This document shows positions 1 to 13,694 of a DNA stretch of 64,000 nucleotides, one piece after another. The stretch spans positions 29,407,220 through 29,471,219 of the forward strand of contig NC_068983.1 of the NCBI RefSeq assembly GCF_001194135.2, read 5' to 3'. This DNA comes from Octopus bimaculoides (Eukaryota). The notes below the pieces were generated by a model, which worked only from the letters and a program-made list of their open reading frames with translations, did no database searches and had not been told where the DNA came from. How positions within the stretch are numbered: position 1 is the stretch's first letter; each line of letters begins with the position of its first letter. The translations under genes were made by a program, and so were the position numbers.

Positions 1-599
1 CCTGCCTCATCAAGGCTGGGACTAAGCAACAACAAATAATTATTTAGAACAGAAGTTCAGATGACAAGCTCAATATACTGAAAATGTTTTGCTCTTAGTA
101 TTGTATTGAGTTTTCTTTGAAATTACCTGTAAACAAATACTGACAGCAGTTTGGGTATATAAATCCAAATAATAACTAGCAAGAATAAATTATATTGATC
201 CATTGGTTTCAAATTTTGGCACAAGATCAGTAATTCAATGGGAGGGCCTAAGTCAATTACATCAATTTCAGTGTTCAACTGGTACTTATTTTATCGACCA
301 CGAAAGGATGACAGGTAAAGTCAAGACAGCTATATTGAATAGAATTCTACATAGCTTGTCTACATAGTACCCACAATATAGGGTGAAGAGAACAGGTATT
401 GACAAGGCTTCTTATAAACAAGAACTAAGGAAAACTGAAAATATATACATTTACCTTTATGAAATAATATAATGACAAAAAATATTTAAAATACAATGTT
501 TATAAAACAGTATTCTGATACTAATAAACAGTAAATCAGTTACCACTAACTGATGTATCTTGAAGCAAATTCAGGCATAAATAATAATAGCTTATATTT

Positions 600-1015
600 T
601 TTATCTTTTACTCTTCTCATTCAGTGGACTGTGGCCATACTGGAACATCATCTTGAAGGGTTTTAGTTGAAAAAATTGACCCAGTCTGTTTGTTTTTTTT
701 TTGTTTTAGTCTGGTGCTTATTCTATTGGTTTCTTAAACTGAACCACCAAGTTATGAGGATGTAAATAAACCAACACTGGTTGTCAAGCAGTAGGGAGGG
801 GGGAACACAGACAAAGAGACATACACACACACACATACATGTACATAATGAACTTCCACACAGTTTCTGTCTATTCAATTCATTCACAAAGCACTGGTCA
901 GCCCAGGTCTGAGCTTTAGTAAAAGACACTTACCCAATGTACCGCACAGTGGGACTGAACCTGAAACCACATGGCTGCAAAGCAAGCTTCTTAATCACAC
1001 AGTCATACCTGTCCC
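600..1015 (-). mobile_element. tRNA-derived SINE, family A (CORE-like, Octopus OR-type), old copy
   Basis: Matches the copy at 28560-28975 (cagtgggactgaacc, ggccat..tgga.ca) with many CpG-to-TpG changes. Confidence 0.8.
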
Positions 1016-2740
1016 TACAATACATTCAGTTAATAAGACCATGGATGATGGTCTGTGTCTTATAGGTAGCTTTTCACCTTCATCCTGTTTAGGTCTCATT
1101 TTTAATTCACTGTATTGTAATCTATTCTAGTTTAATAGGTGAATTCACTCCAAGGCGCATCATTAATAAAGACTTATTTATCTATATTTTTCTCATGCCT
1201 CTATATTTGTGCTCAAACTGTAAACTAATAAATAGCGAATTCTACTGTGTACATTAGGAAATATACTGATGATGTGTACTAAAAATTCTTCAATAACATT
1301 TCATAAAATTGAGATAAAAAAAAAAAAATACAAACATGGAACAAATAACATATATTTCAATTTAAAAAAAAAAAATTAATTAAAATTGCTTGTGAAAGAT
1401 ATCTTGCACAACAAATTTTGGTCTTACCCTGAAAATAAAAATGTTTTTTATCTTTAAATATGAATGAAAACCTTGTGGCAAACAACAGTGAAAATGAAAA
1501 AAATATGTGTGTATATACATATATACATATATGTATATATATAAGCATTTGCAACTGAAGCGATGAGAAGCTTGGTGCAATATTGCAACTTTTCTTAGGA
1601 AAACAACAAGAACAAACACACACAGATATACACCTTATGAGGTCAGAAGTGTAACACACAAAATTGATATGACTTAAGAGTTTATGTTATGGTTATAGAA
1701 CTGTGATAGTTTCACAGTATTATCAACAGATGTATCAGGAACAAAAAAAGAAAATTTAAGATAGAACTGCAATGAAATGATTGCAGATTTAATTTACCTG
1801 TATATGATAATCTTATTTAGAATTTAGAAGTGGAATGCAAATTTGCTGGAGAGCATAGGTTCTGGTATAATAGTAAAATTGTCAGCCCCTATGAAACTAA
1901 AAGCTTATGCAGCAGTTAGGGACCGATCTTGGTATCAAGCTTCTCAAAAGCTGGGTTATTAGTAGCAGAAATAATCAAATAGTTGGTGCAGTTTCCTAAC
2001 TTGATACCATTTGAAATCTGCTTGTTAAAATAGCTAATTAGTAAATAATATATGAAACAAAAACCTTAAAACAATAAGCTGAACAACAATATTAAAAACT
2101 TACTGAAAGAAAACACTTTCAGATTTTCAGGTGTGTATTAAATGCTAAATGTTTTATCATTATTACAGCTGTTAAAAATTAATTGAATGACTTAAAAACC
2201 CAGAGGAAAAACCCAAAATGATGATTTCCAACTTAGTTTCTAATTATATCACCCTCGTCACTTAATGTCTGTTTTTCCATTCTGACATTTGTTTGGGTGG
2301 TTTGACAGGAGCTGCTGACTAGCCAGAGAACTGTGCCAAGTGCCAATATCTGCTTGGGCATGGTCTCTGCAATTGGATGCCTTTCCTAACAACAAAAACT
2401 TCACAGAGTGTATTGAGTGCATTTTACATGGCACTGGCATTAGTGAGGTCACCAAGTAACCCACAAAATAAGACCCCTTAACTGCGGGAGGTGAGTTTAT
2501 GCCAAAACGTAAGAGTTTAAAAGTATGGTAGAAGGACAGAAAAATAAATATCTTGCAGTAAAGGAGACACATAGCCCCCACGGTTGAAAAAGGAGAGAAG
2601 GTGATGGTGAAGAAGTGTTGCTAAATGTATATTACTCAGATTTCAGTTTTTAAGAATGAAAATCCAAAATCAGATTTAACTTTTTTTAAAAGACTGTCAC
2701 TACAAATAGTTACCCTAAATAATACTTTGTTTTTATTTAA

Positions 2741-2945
2741 CCTTTTAGCATTTAAACTGGCCATATCAAGCCAAAATATTCTACCTGTTTTAAGTTCAAA
2801 CTAGTCAGATCCAACCTCTCACACCTGTTCAACAATGCCATAGCACTGAAATCTCTCAAAGCTACAAGATAAGGCATGGATTAATTCAAAACAATGAGAA
2901 ATAAATAAGCATTACATTTGACAGAGTAATCTGAATGCTAAAGGG
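2741..2945. mobile_element. piggyBac-type MITE
   Basis: TTAA at 2737-2740 and 2946-2949. Termini are CCTTTTAGCATT and AATGCTAAAGGG (11/12 inverted match). A second copy is at 36198-36586. Confidence 0.8.
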
Positions 2946-3274
2946 TTAAAAGCTTATCTATATCGACAAAGTTTGGGTAACCAAGTTCATTGAAAGCACT
3001 GGCTAGTTCTCTATCTCTATCCAATACAGTCTTGTTTACTGTAATGGTACGATTTTCACACTGAACTTTATCAGATGAAAGTTCATTTGTTAATGATTGC
3101 TGAATCTAAAAAAATAAAACAGTTCCGACTCTGCTCAGTAGGGACTATGTTGACTAAATGGCTATGGTGTCAGTCCACTAGCAAACATTCTCTTCACACT
3201 TGTCACCACTAACATTAGAAGAAGCAAAGTACTTGAGAAGATACTGTGTTGCATTATCAATTCATTGTGGGTTC

Positions 3275-3410
3275 AATTCTATAGTAGATGTTTTGCTGTG
3301 TGGATTTGGGCATCACAATTCTATATAGGTGTTTTGTTGTGTATTTGGATAACCCGGTTCTACAATAGATATTTTGTTATATATTTGGACAGCACAATTC
3401 TATGTATTCA
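3275..3410. repeat. Degenerate minisatellite, about 40-bp unit, 3.5 copies
   Basis: Recurrent unit caattcta...aga/ggtgttttg.tgtg..atttgg. Confidence 0.6.
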
Positions 3411-6276
3411 GGTCACCCAGCTATGGCTGAGGCAGACCAATATCCTCTCCAAAGAAAGCTTTATCCTTCATTCATTTGATTTAACACCACTATCTGGCCC
3501 TTAAGTGTCTTTAGCAAAGTCCACTCTGTTATAAATATTCAGATCGTGTCTTCAGTGTGAAGAGTAACCTGATAAGTTGATGAAGCATTGCTCCCCGCTG
3601 TATCAATGCATCACACTGGAGGCACTAGAAAAGGTTAGTAGCACAGCTCTTCATCTTCTAAACCATGAAAAAAATTAGAAAAGCTCATAACTAAGCACTA
3701 GTTCTTAAAAACCCATCAAGGTTCGGAAGACATTTACATACTTTTTCTTGCACAAGATAGCAAATAATGTAACTAGAGAGAATTAAGGAAATAATGAGGC
3801 ACCAATCTATTGGAAACTGTCAATATTTTACACTACTGACAGGGTGTTTTCTGCCATACCCTTACAAACTATTTCCTCAGAGTTTGACTTTAGTATATAT
3901 TCAAAAATTTCTGATAACTTGTCTACTTAATTTTATGCTTGCAATAAATCTGAATTTAAAATATTAGACTATAGATAAATTTTCCCTGAAAGCTTTGAAG
4001 AATTTAATAAATTGGACCTAACATTAATAATCTAAAGACTTAACAAAGTTCAAAATACAATGGGCAAATATTGTCAGCTGAAATTTATCATTTATTGAAT
4101 TAAAAACAAAAAAAATCTCATCATCAGATTGTATCTATGTCCAATCATGTCACCATTTATAATTGGTAAAGTCATGCAAAGAAAAGCTTGAGGGTAGGAT
4201 AAAGTGAGAATAATTTGGAAAATAATGCAAAATATTTGCTAAAAGAAAAAGAAAAAAATAGATTGATCATATTTTGAAAACACAAAAAAAAATGAAGCTA
4301 AATGAATATATTGGTGGGCAAAATATTGGCTTGGCAGTGTCAACCTTTGATGAATGTACAAAAGCAAATAAAAAATATTGGGAAATGAAAGAAACACTGA
4401 CACACAGACTTTGGGGAGTGGGGTTACTCTATCATGTTTTTCTCTCTCTTTGTAAAGATTTCTTTCAGTCCCCTACATGCATACTATCTACTTGGCTGAC
4501 TCACATACATAAGTGACCAGTCTGGTTGGCCAGATAATTCAGTTTGAATTAATAATATTGATGTTTAGACATTCCATGCTAAATTGCATTAAAGTTGGCT
4601 AAAACAATACAGAATGAAGACAACTAAACGGAAAAGCATCTTTAGCAATTTAAAATTGGAAAACCCTGCATCTTAGGTTTTTCTGAAAAGCGAACAAAAG
4701 CTGTGAAATAGGAACCTGTGGTGGAGACAGGGCATACTGGCAAAGGTGGGGGGAGGCTTTTTTTATAAAAGCCTAAATTTTAAATATGGAAGTAATTGAA
4801 GTGATAAAAAGAAAAAAAGAAAAAAGGGAAAAATATATTTAGCAAGCAAGAAATAAATAGCTAGAACTATGCTAAAACTGGCAAAAATTATTTTCTTTAA
4901 GCGTCAAGTTTAATTTTAAAATACATTTTGCTTCAGTGCATTAAATCAAAAAGATTAATTTTCCCCAATAAATATTTCTTCGGGCTGTTCCTTGTGATTT
5001 CTTTGTTGAACTGACTTTGAAGAATAGCCTTGAGTGCCAGTTCAAATTTCTATATTGATTATTTACCAAATTGAAAAAAAGAAAAAAAACAAAACGTGAA
5101 AATTCCTCCGTAACAAGAACCTAAGAAAGACAAGATTATCCTCAGCAAGTATTGTCAAGAAACTCAACCTGCAACTGAAATCAATTGATTAGTAAAATAG
5201 AAAATAACAGCTTAACTGAAAATAATAGGATTTTTATTTGCTGTTCAATTTAACGACAATAGAGATGCACTGATACTCCATCTAGCGAACATCTTTTCTC
5301 TAATCAGATATTCTCCAAAAGAAAACTACCAAATTTGACAGTTCCTGTCCATTATAACCAATCTGTTTTCTCTAAATAAATCAAACAGTTCAGTAATGTA
5401 GCAAAGAAAAATACCAATTTTATTAACAGCAATACAAACCAATCAGTTTGGTGAAGAGGAAGACCAATAGGTATTGAACTTTCTAAAATCAATAAGCATT
5501 TCTTGATGGATTAATACGCAAACAATCAACAGAGAATGCCACACTATACTTAATATTACTTCCTACATTCAGTTTCAAAACAAAATGGAAATTAAAAATA
5601 AGCTACCATATGATTATCAATATATAACCTTTTTTTACAGAAGTACTAACTGTTGTTGCTGTTAATCAACATGAAAGTTAAAATAAGAGATAGTTATAAG
5701 TGATATGTAAGCAGATGAACACAGCACGATGAACAAGTGAACAGTGACATCTAAGAAAGGTTTCAGACCAGGAACTTCAACATGAACAAAACCATGTAAT
5801 CAAAGACAACTAAGAGTGGAAAGAATATATGCTATAAGATGAAAATATTCAGTTACTTGTTTTAATTAGTATATTTACTAGCTCAGCAGTTGTTTTCAAA
5901 GAACAACAAATCTGAAAAATTACTTCTCAATGTGGTGCATACCCATTTCTAATTTTTCCCATGAAACTTAGCTTGCTCATGTTAATACCACCAATTTTCA
6001 ATTACCGCTGAAGACAGATTATAACTCCTGACTGAGAGAACAGATCCTAGATTAACCAACAAAAGCTTAAGAGAGGCAGAGGTAAGAACCAACAAGTAAT
6101 TACTGCAATGACCAAAAACACTAAGCTCATAGACCTTAAAATAATTTAATGTAACTACAGATATTTAGAATTTGAACATAAAGAAAACTTGAATCATGGC
6201 TCTATGATGGAAGCTTACTTTGAATATGGCTATGATAGGAACTGGACACTGAAATCACAGCTGTATAGCAGAAGCT

Positions 6277-6352
6277 GGCACTGTCATGGTATTAGCTGTC
6301 AGAAGTGAAAGTAGAAAAATCTGACAAGGAACGTTACTGCTGGTTTGAGTTA

Positions 6353-6437
<85 letters not shown>

Positions 6438-6737
6438 CACTCGAAAGTTATTGGAACAAATTTGACACCTATATCCATGCGTTTGAAAACACACAGAGTA
6501 TAAGGGTACTACTAAAGCAGAGTGGTCCCGAACGCGCAGTCGCGCTAGCTAGTCGTGAGTGGTCGATCCTATTATTTTTAAACTTCAAACTTCATTTGTT
6601 TTCTATTTTGATAAACTCTCTCTGTTGAAAATTATATTTTTATATTTCAAATAATTTGCAATTTCAGAAAATATATTTTTATATTAAATTTGCGTTTTCT
6701 AATTTGATAAATTCTACGGACACAGAGGTGAACGAGT

Positions 6738-6773
<36 letters not shown>

Positions 6774-6794
6774 TAGAGAGAGAGATAGATAGTG

Positions 6795-6825
<31 letters not shown>

Positions 6826-6926
6826 TAGCTCCGGCTAGTCAGTAGCCAAAGAATCAACTCAAACCAGCAGTAATGTTCCTTGTCAGTTCTACTTTCACTT
6901 CTGACAGCTAATACCATGACAGTGCC
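6277..6926. mobile_element. Non-autonomous foldback DNA transposon with long TIRs and 8-bp TSD (Merlin- or Mutator-like)
   Basis: Perfect TSD CAGAAGCT at 6269-6276 and 6927-6934. Termini GGCACTGTCATGGTATTAGC are identical for about the first 40 nt. Arms of about 165-190 bp include (TGTC)n(TC)n(TATC)n. Confidence 0.9.
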
Positions 6927-8689
6927 CAGAAGCTTACCTTGAACTCTGGCTCAAAAATGGTAGCTTACATCAAAATTACAGTTTTATGCAGAGAACTAAC
7001 ATTAACCCACAATTGTATGATGGTGCTTACATTTAGTCCACTTACACAAATAAATAGATTCCTACAGGTTAGCCAACAATATTTACCTGTCTCAAAATCA
7101 TGCACTATGTTTATTTGTCTCACGCTAATATCAGACATTACAATAGACAGGTTCATAAACAATGAAACAGACATGACAGTATGCTAGTAAGTTACATGAT
7201 ATTTCCTTTTCCTATATACATTACAGAATGCATATAGTTGGTACACTTACAAAGAGAAAAACATTCAAATACAATCGACACATTCATCAAAGCCAACACC
7301 TGGAAAATCTGATCCAAGAATTAGTGTTTCTTGGCTTTGTTTCTAGTCATTTTTACACTTTCTTAGTAGAATACATCTCACACGTCTATATCAGACTAAG
7401 ACCAATTCCATCACACGCTGATAAAAACCTGCTACTAATAACCACATAATGCAGTTTTACCTGCTCATGGATGAGTTAACAGTGACTAAACTAGCCCCTA
7501 CAGAGCTTGTTCAACAAGGAAAGGGTGTGGGCATCAAATAGAATGAAAAACTAAATCAGTTAAAAGCGAATGAGCTCCTTGAGAGTCAATTGTACCCATA
7601 TCCTGGTGCCAATGGGATAACCAATCCCAATACAAATATATTATATTGATACCAATGTAATTATAGTTTTATACCAGACAGGTCAGATGCATTAAGAAAG
7701 CCTAAGATTGAAAGAAGACGAGAAAATTGGTAAAACTAAAAATCTAATGGTAGAAGAAAAGTTATGGGAAAATGGAAATATAAAAAGTGACTTTCTGCTA
7801 CTTGGTTGTATGAACTAGTTGAGAGCATCAGCCAAAATTGCTTAACAATTTCTCTGTCATCTTCTGAAGTAGGAACTACAAGTTATGTCCTAAATCTCAA
7901 GCCAATCTAAATAACACTCCAATATATATATATANNNNNNNNNNNNNNNNNNNNNNNNNNNNNNNNNNNNNNNNNNNNNNNNNNNNNNNNNNNNNNNNNN
8001 NNNNNNNNNNNNNNNNNNNNNNNNNNNNNNNNNNNNNNNNNNNNNNNNNNNNNNNNNNNNNNNNNNNNNNNNNNNNNNNNNNNNNNNNNNNNNNNNNNNN
8101 NNNNNNNNNNNNNNNNNNNNNNNNNNNNNNNNNNNNNNNNNNNNNNNNNNNNNNNNNNNNNNNNNNNNNNNNNNNNNNNNNNNNNNNNNNNNNNNNNNNN
8201 NNNNNNNNNNNNNNNNNNNNNNNNNNNNNNNNNNNNNNNNNNNNNNNNNNNNNNNNNNNNNNNNNNNNNNNNNNNNNNNNNNNNNNNNNNNNNNNNNNNN
8301 NNNNNNNNNNNNNNNNNNNNNNNNNNNNNNNNNNNNNNNNNNNNNNNNNNNNNNNNNNNNNNNNNNNNNNNNNNNNNNNNNNNNNNNNNNNNNNNNNNNN
8401 NNNNNNNNNNNNNNNNNNNNNNNNNNNNNNNNNNNNNNNNNNNNNNNNNNNNNAAAATAAATCTTTAATTTTACACATTCAATAGTTAATGTTGCTTATA
8501 TCAAATTACTGTTATGCTGTTAAGGCTTAAACTAATATTTTTGAATAGGTTTTTAAGAGAACTCTAACAACAGGGAGGGGAGGGTGTTCTCAAATTTCAA
8601 TGTGAGTGAAATTTTAACTGTGGGCAAAGGGTTCCTCACCCATGCTTTGAATGCTTAACCTGCTAGAAACAGCAGATGACACCCAACCA

Positions 8690-8725
<36 letters not shown>

Positions 8726-11352
8726 TTCTAAAAGCAGGATGGTCAAGACTGAATCATTCAATCATATGTTTGCTTGAGTTACCAGACTTAACTTTGGGCT
8801 GAAAACAAAACCCCTAGAGAGGTTATTGTAATAACCCAGGGTTAAAAAAACACACACAAAAACACCTCCACCACCCCATTTCATTGTTCCAAAAATTATA
8901 ACAGGATAGACTATTTTTAAAGACAAATCAAATTCAACACTTTTATGTCTGCTTTCTTCACACTGCCATAGACATAACATTTAAAGTTGGACACATTCTA
9001 TGGCTGGATGCCCTTCTTGACATCAACCCTTACAGCTGGATCTTTTGTTTTGGAAACAAATAATATCACTGACAAAGCAGTGCCTTTGAGAAGATATGCA
9101 GATACTAATACACACACACACAGTACACAGAAATATGTGTATTGGCTTCCATCAACAAAATTTCACTCACAAGGCATTGGTCAGCTTGAGGCTATAATAG
9201 CAGACACTTCACCGGTACAAGGTACCAAGCTGTGGTATTGAAAAGATTAAGTAGACTTTCTAAATCTATGATAATATAACTCTCACATATTTGTTTAAAA
9301 GTAAAAAGTAAAGGAGTTCTTTTAAATTTACATAGATTCCACATTCTACTGAACTAGCAAATCTACAGATCTACGATGGAGACATAAAATGAGGGTGGGA
9401 AGTTATAACAGCAGTATGTATTGAGAAATGTGTAAATGGACTTGATAGATCACTGGGTGATGTCTTAGACAAATCACATTATTGTTGGTGATACAGCATT
9501 GTATTGTAGCTATATGATGTCTTTGCGACTAAGTGACATGTGATGATGATTCACTCCCAAACTGAAATAGGCTCCCAGCTTCTGTATCATGAATGATTAT
9601 GTGGACCACTCCTAATGAAAGCCAGACACTATATACTGACACACACTTTTTCCAGTTTATTTTTGCTATTAACCGTCCTCGTGACCCCCTTCGTATCTAT
9701 GATGGGCCACGAACTATACAATGAAAATCCAGAGTTACTCATGGTCGGTGTATTTTTAATAAAAATGTGAAAGTCGTTTATCAATTCAAAAATCGATATC
9801 CACAAAATAATCATACTTTCTGATTTTTTAATGCTGAAAACCTTCCTGACGACCATGTTTGTAATCCCCCAAAAATATCTTAACTATTGGTCCTGTCACG
9901 AAGAGGGAACAAAGAGATGAACAGATGGACATAATACCCATTATAGTAAGATAGTAAACCTGCTCATCTACGATGGGAAATAAAGGGATAGTATCGCAAA
10001 CCTAAACCCTTCTAAATTCACGAACTATATGGTGGGGAGGGGAATCCAGAGTTAATCCTAGTTGCCAATTTTAGCAAAAAGAATCAAAGTTGATTTATTA
10101 ATACAAAACTCAATATCCACTAAATAATCAAATTTTATTACATTTTTTTCACTAAAAACCTTCCTGATTACCTCTTTCGTAACCCTCCAAAACATTATGA
10201 CCATTGGACAAGCCATTTGACTGTGAAAAGGGAACAGACAGATAGCCATAATGCTCATTATAGTAAGATGACCAACAGTTTAAAGTTTTTGATAGAATTT
10301 TTTTATGGTTTAGTTCGAGGAAGAAGGGCAACTGTAGAGCAAAAGGAAGTTCTCACTATCCTTAGATTAGTCCTAACTACTTGCAATACAAAGACACCAT
10401 NNNNNNNNNNNNNNNNNNNNNNNNNNNNNNNNNNNNNNNNNNNNNNNNNNNNNNNNNNNNNNNNNNNNNNNNNNNNNNNNNNNNNNNNNNNNNNNNNNNN
10501 NNNNNNNNNNNNNNNNNNNNNNNNNNNNNNNNNGAGTACACAAGTGAGATATTTTTGTTAAAGAAATACTAATTACTTCATTGATTAATCCTTTTTTGTG
10601 ACTACATTTCTAATAAAACTTACAATCTATATTCGTTTATATCCATTTACACATTTCAGTCATGTGATTGTGGTCATGCTGGAGCACCACCATGAATATT
10701 TAAATTAGTTTTATAAAATAATAATATCTTGGACAGCTTTAGTAAAATCAGGGTCTCTTCTCATTATTAATCTGGAACTTATAACTTTAAAATTTTCAAT
10801 AAAATTACGACAGGTTTCCCCAAATTTAAAAGTATTAAACATTTTAAAATAGTATGCTTTATATCATAGAACTAATGAAAGTCTAAGGCAGGTTGGTATT
10901 AAATGAGTTAATTATAATAAGCTTTCAGGTATTTAAAATGTATTTTGTAATCTAGTGTATAGCACCCGGGTATCTAAACCCAACAAATATTTAACTGTCT
11001 TTTACCCTCTATGACATAAACTATAAATTTTAAATCAGCCCAGTTAGATATAACAAACTTCACGAATTGAAGGAACACCAGCAAAACAACATGGAGTGAA
11101 AAAAAAAAAAAAAAAAAAAAAAGAAAATGAACATAGCAATAGGAAATATTCAAAAAGAAAAATCTGCAGCTCATTTCATGTCTACTCAGTGAAACCTAGA
11201 TTGTGCATATGGAGAAAAGCCAGCAATCAAATAAAGGCAAGTTGAAGCATAATGACCAACACGAGACTGGAATGAAGTTCAAGTGATGCAAGGTTTTACA
11301 AAGGGTGGGCGTTTTTTTTTTTTTTCTTTCTTGAGAATAGTTTGGAAGTTAC

Positions 11353-11568
11353 CTCGTGTAGGGTTAGGACAATAGTCATGAAGAATGAGATCAATATTCT
11401 TTTCACAGCCCTCTCTCCTCATCTCACACTCACTATTGTAAACTCGGCCATCCGAAGCACAGACTTCGCCATCCGAAGACGGGCTCTCATGACATTCGAT
11501 GTCACACTCACAGACATTATTTTTACAAGTTGCACCATATGAACAGTTACTATTGCTCGTACACTGAT
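11353..11568 (-). CDS. Internal exon encoding a follistatin-N + Kazal (FS) module of a secreted or membrane protein (agrin/tomoregulin-like)
   Basis: Acceptor ttttctatttcag and donor G|gtaact flank 216 nt, phase 1-1, with no stops. Translation: (D)QCTSNSNCSYGATCKNNVCECDIECHESPSSDGEVCASDGRVYNSECEMRREGCEKNIDLILHDYCPNPTR. It has the FS cysteine pattern and the Kazal motif VCASDGxxYxSECxMxxxxC. The orthologue cannot be assigned from one exon. Confidence 0.9.
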
Positions 11569-12921
11569 CTGAAATAGAAATAGATCAATCACAAGTTAAG
11601 GTTAGACATCAGAGACTGAGTTACATATACTGTGTGGTTTGTGAGAGACTTTGTTAATGATATAAAAAGAGAGTACATAGAGAGCGGAATTAAGAAACCT
11701 GAGAGATAGAAGGAGAAAAAAAATAATAAAATTAAACCTAAGTACAGAAGATGATTTGATCCCATAAAAAAACTGGGAGCAAAAGCAGGTATAATGACTA
11801 ATAACGAAAAAGAATGTTAACAAAAGAGAAAATGAAATATAGGTTGAAGATGAATGAAAATAGATTACACAAATGAGGGATACTATTTTAATAAAGGCTG
11901 CGCATTGTCTAGATATTAAAAAATTATATAGGGTCAGAAAAGGGAAATAACTGGAAAAAACTGGGTAAAAATTATTGATTTGTAATAAAGTCTGTTATGA
12001 AATGTCTTCCCTTAAAAAAATAAATAAAAAATATCTTCTTATACTCAATAAAAAAAAGTTTACAAAACTCTGCAACCATCACATAATAAAAAAAAAACAA
12101 CCTGAAATTGAGCAATGCATATTAACTTCAACATCTGAAAACAAAACACATAAGCATATTTTTTTTTTAACTGAAAGTAGAAAAAAATACAAAAGAACAA
12201 AAATAAAATAAACATAAATTTGGTTGTTTACACTAAAAATTATTCAGACGTTTTAAAAAATATAATGCAAAAATTAAAAAACAAAAATCAATACTTTGTT
12301 GTTATGTTTTTTTTTTATAAAAAAAAAACCTGTTTTACTAAAGATGATAGAAAATAAAAGAAAAATAATAAAATAGGATATAAGATATAGTTAGAATTAT
12401 TGGATTTACATTTACAGAACTTCTGTAAGAGAAATGACTAAAAAATTTAATTAGGCAACGAATACATCTTAGTTTGCAGATCAAGATCATTTATTTCTCC
12501 TGGCAATCCTCTAAGATGGATTTTTATAGAGTGACTATATACTTGTTTGTGCCTGAAAAGACACGACGTAAAAATTTGGAGAGTAAAGGACAACTGATTT
12601 CATTAACCGCAATATGTTACTGGAAACGTGTCTTAAAATATGTTTTCATGCCTGGTAACCTTAAATATTGTATACATGTGTTTAATGATTCTCTCATCAC
12701 TACTTCAACAGGTACAGTAGATTCTTTCTGTTTTACTGAAGAAGCCGAATAATACTTAAACATGACCAGAATTTTCTCCCCTATTTGTGAGTCATTAAGC
12801 CAATGCCTTTCCTTAACCTTTTGATGATTCTTCTTATTAAATAAGTTGTCAAGAGCTTCAATGTGATGAAATATAACGTCTAATGTGGCACTATTTTGAA
12901 ATTTACAGAATTATATATATA

Positions 12922-13237
12922 CCTGACACTCCGTCAGTTACAACGACGAGGGTTCCAGTTGATCCAATCAACAGAACAGCCTGCTTGTGAGATTAACATA
13001 CAAGGGATTGAGCACTCCACAGACATGTGTATCTTTAACATAGATCTCAGAGAGAGTCAGCATGACACAGAGTGTGGATAAGGCTGAAACACAAGTACTA
13101 CCTCATTTTTGTCAGCTGAGTGGACTGGAGCAACACGAAATTAAAGCATCTTGCTCAAGGACACAATGCATCGTCAGGAATTGAACTCACAACCTTATGA
13201 TCATGAGCTGAATACCCTAACCACTAAACCAAGCACT
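12922..13237 (-). mobile_element. tRNA-derived SINE, family E
   Basis: Minus-strand head gtggttagggtattcagctca...gttgtgagttcaattcc has A/B-box-like motifs. A related copy lies at about 26045-26300. Confidence 0.7.
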
Positions 13238-13259
13238 TATATATATATATATATATATA

Positions 13260-13694
13260 CAGTAATGCCTCAGCATACCAGTTAATTTGTTCCTGGAAAC
13301 CGATCATAAAATGAAAACTCGTAAAGCAGAGCAATAATTTCCCATAGTAGCAATGTTATAAATCGTAATTCGTTCCCAGAAAAATATTTTTATCAATAAA
13401 ATTTATAATACTCATAAATAAATGGCAATAAACCAACTGTAGAATGTAAAGAATATTTTATGCAAAGCAAAAAGAATGTCAAGATCATTTATAATAAAAG
13501 ATATTATTATTACCATTTTCTGAAACACTTTCACTTGCACTAGACTCACACACACCATCACTTGCAGACATGATACACAAGCACTTGTAGATGGAGATGG
13601 ACTAATAGATTTCTTCTTAAACAACAAGCCTAGAGGTATTTGCTGAGAAGAAGCTTTGTTTCTCAGTAACATGCAGAATGATTTGTTATGGTAG
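13260..13694 (-). mobile_element. Tigger/pogo-like DNA transposon 3' end, truncated by a gap
   Basis: TA|CAGTAATGCCTC terminus followed by a Tigger-like subterminal sequence (gttaatttgttcctggaaac...ttcccatag). The minus frame RNKASSQQIPLGLLFKKKS...PST resembles a decayed Tigger C-terminus (QTTLDRFFKK). Confidence 0.5.

Noticed and set aside
2950-3105. Minus frame IQQSLTNELSSDKVQCENR...ELASAFNELGYP after a strong acceptor
   Set aside because: There is no convincing donor, it runs into a MITE, and I recognise no homology.
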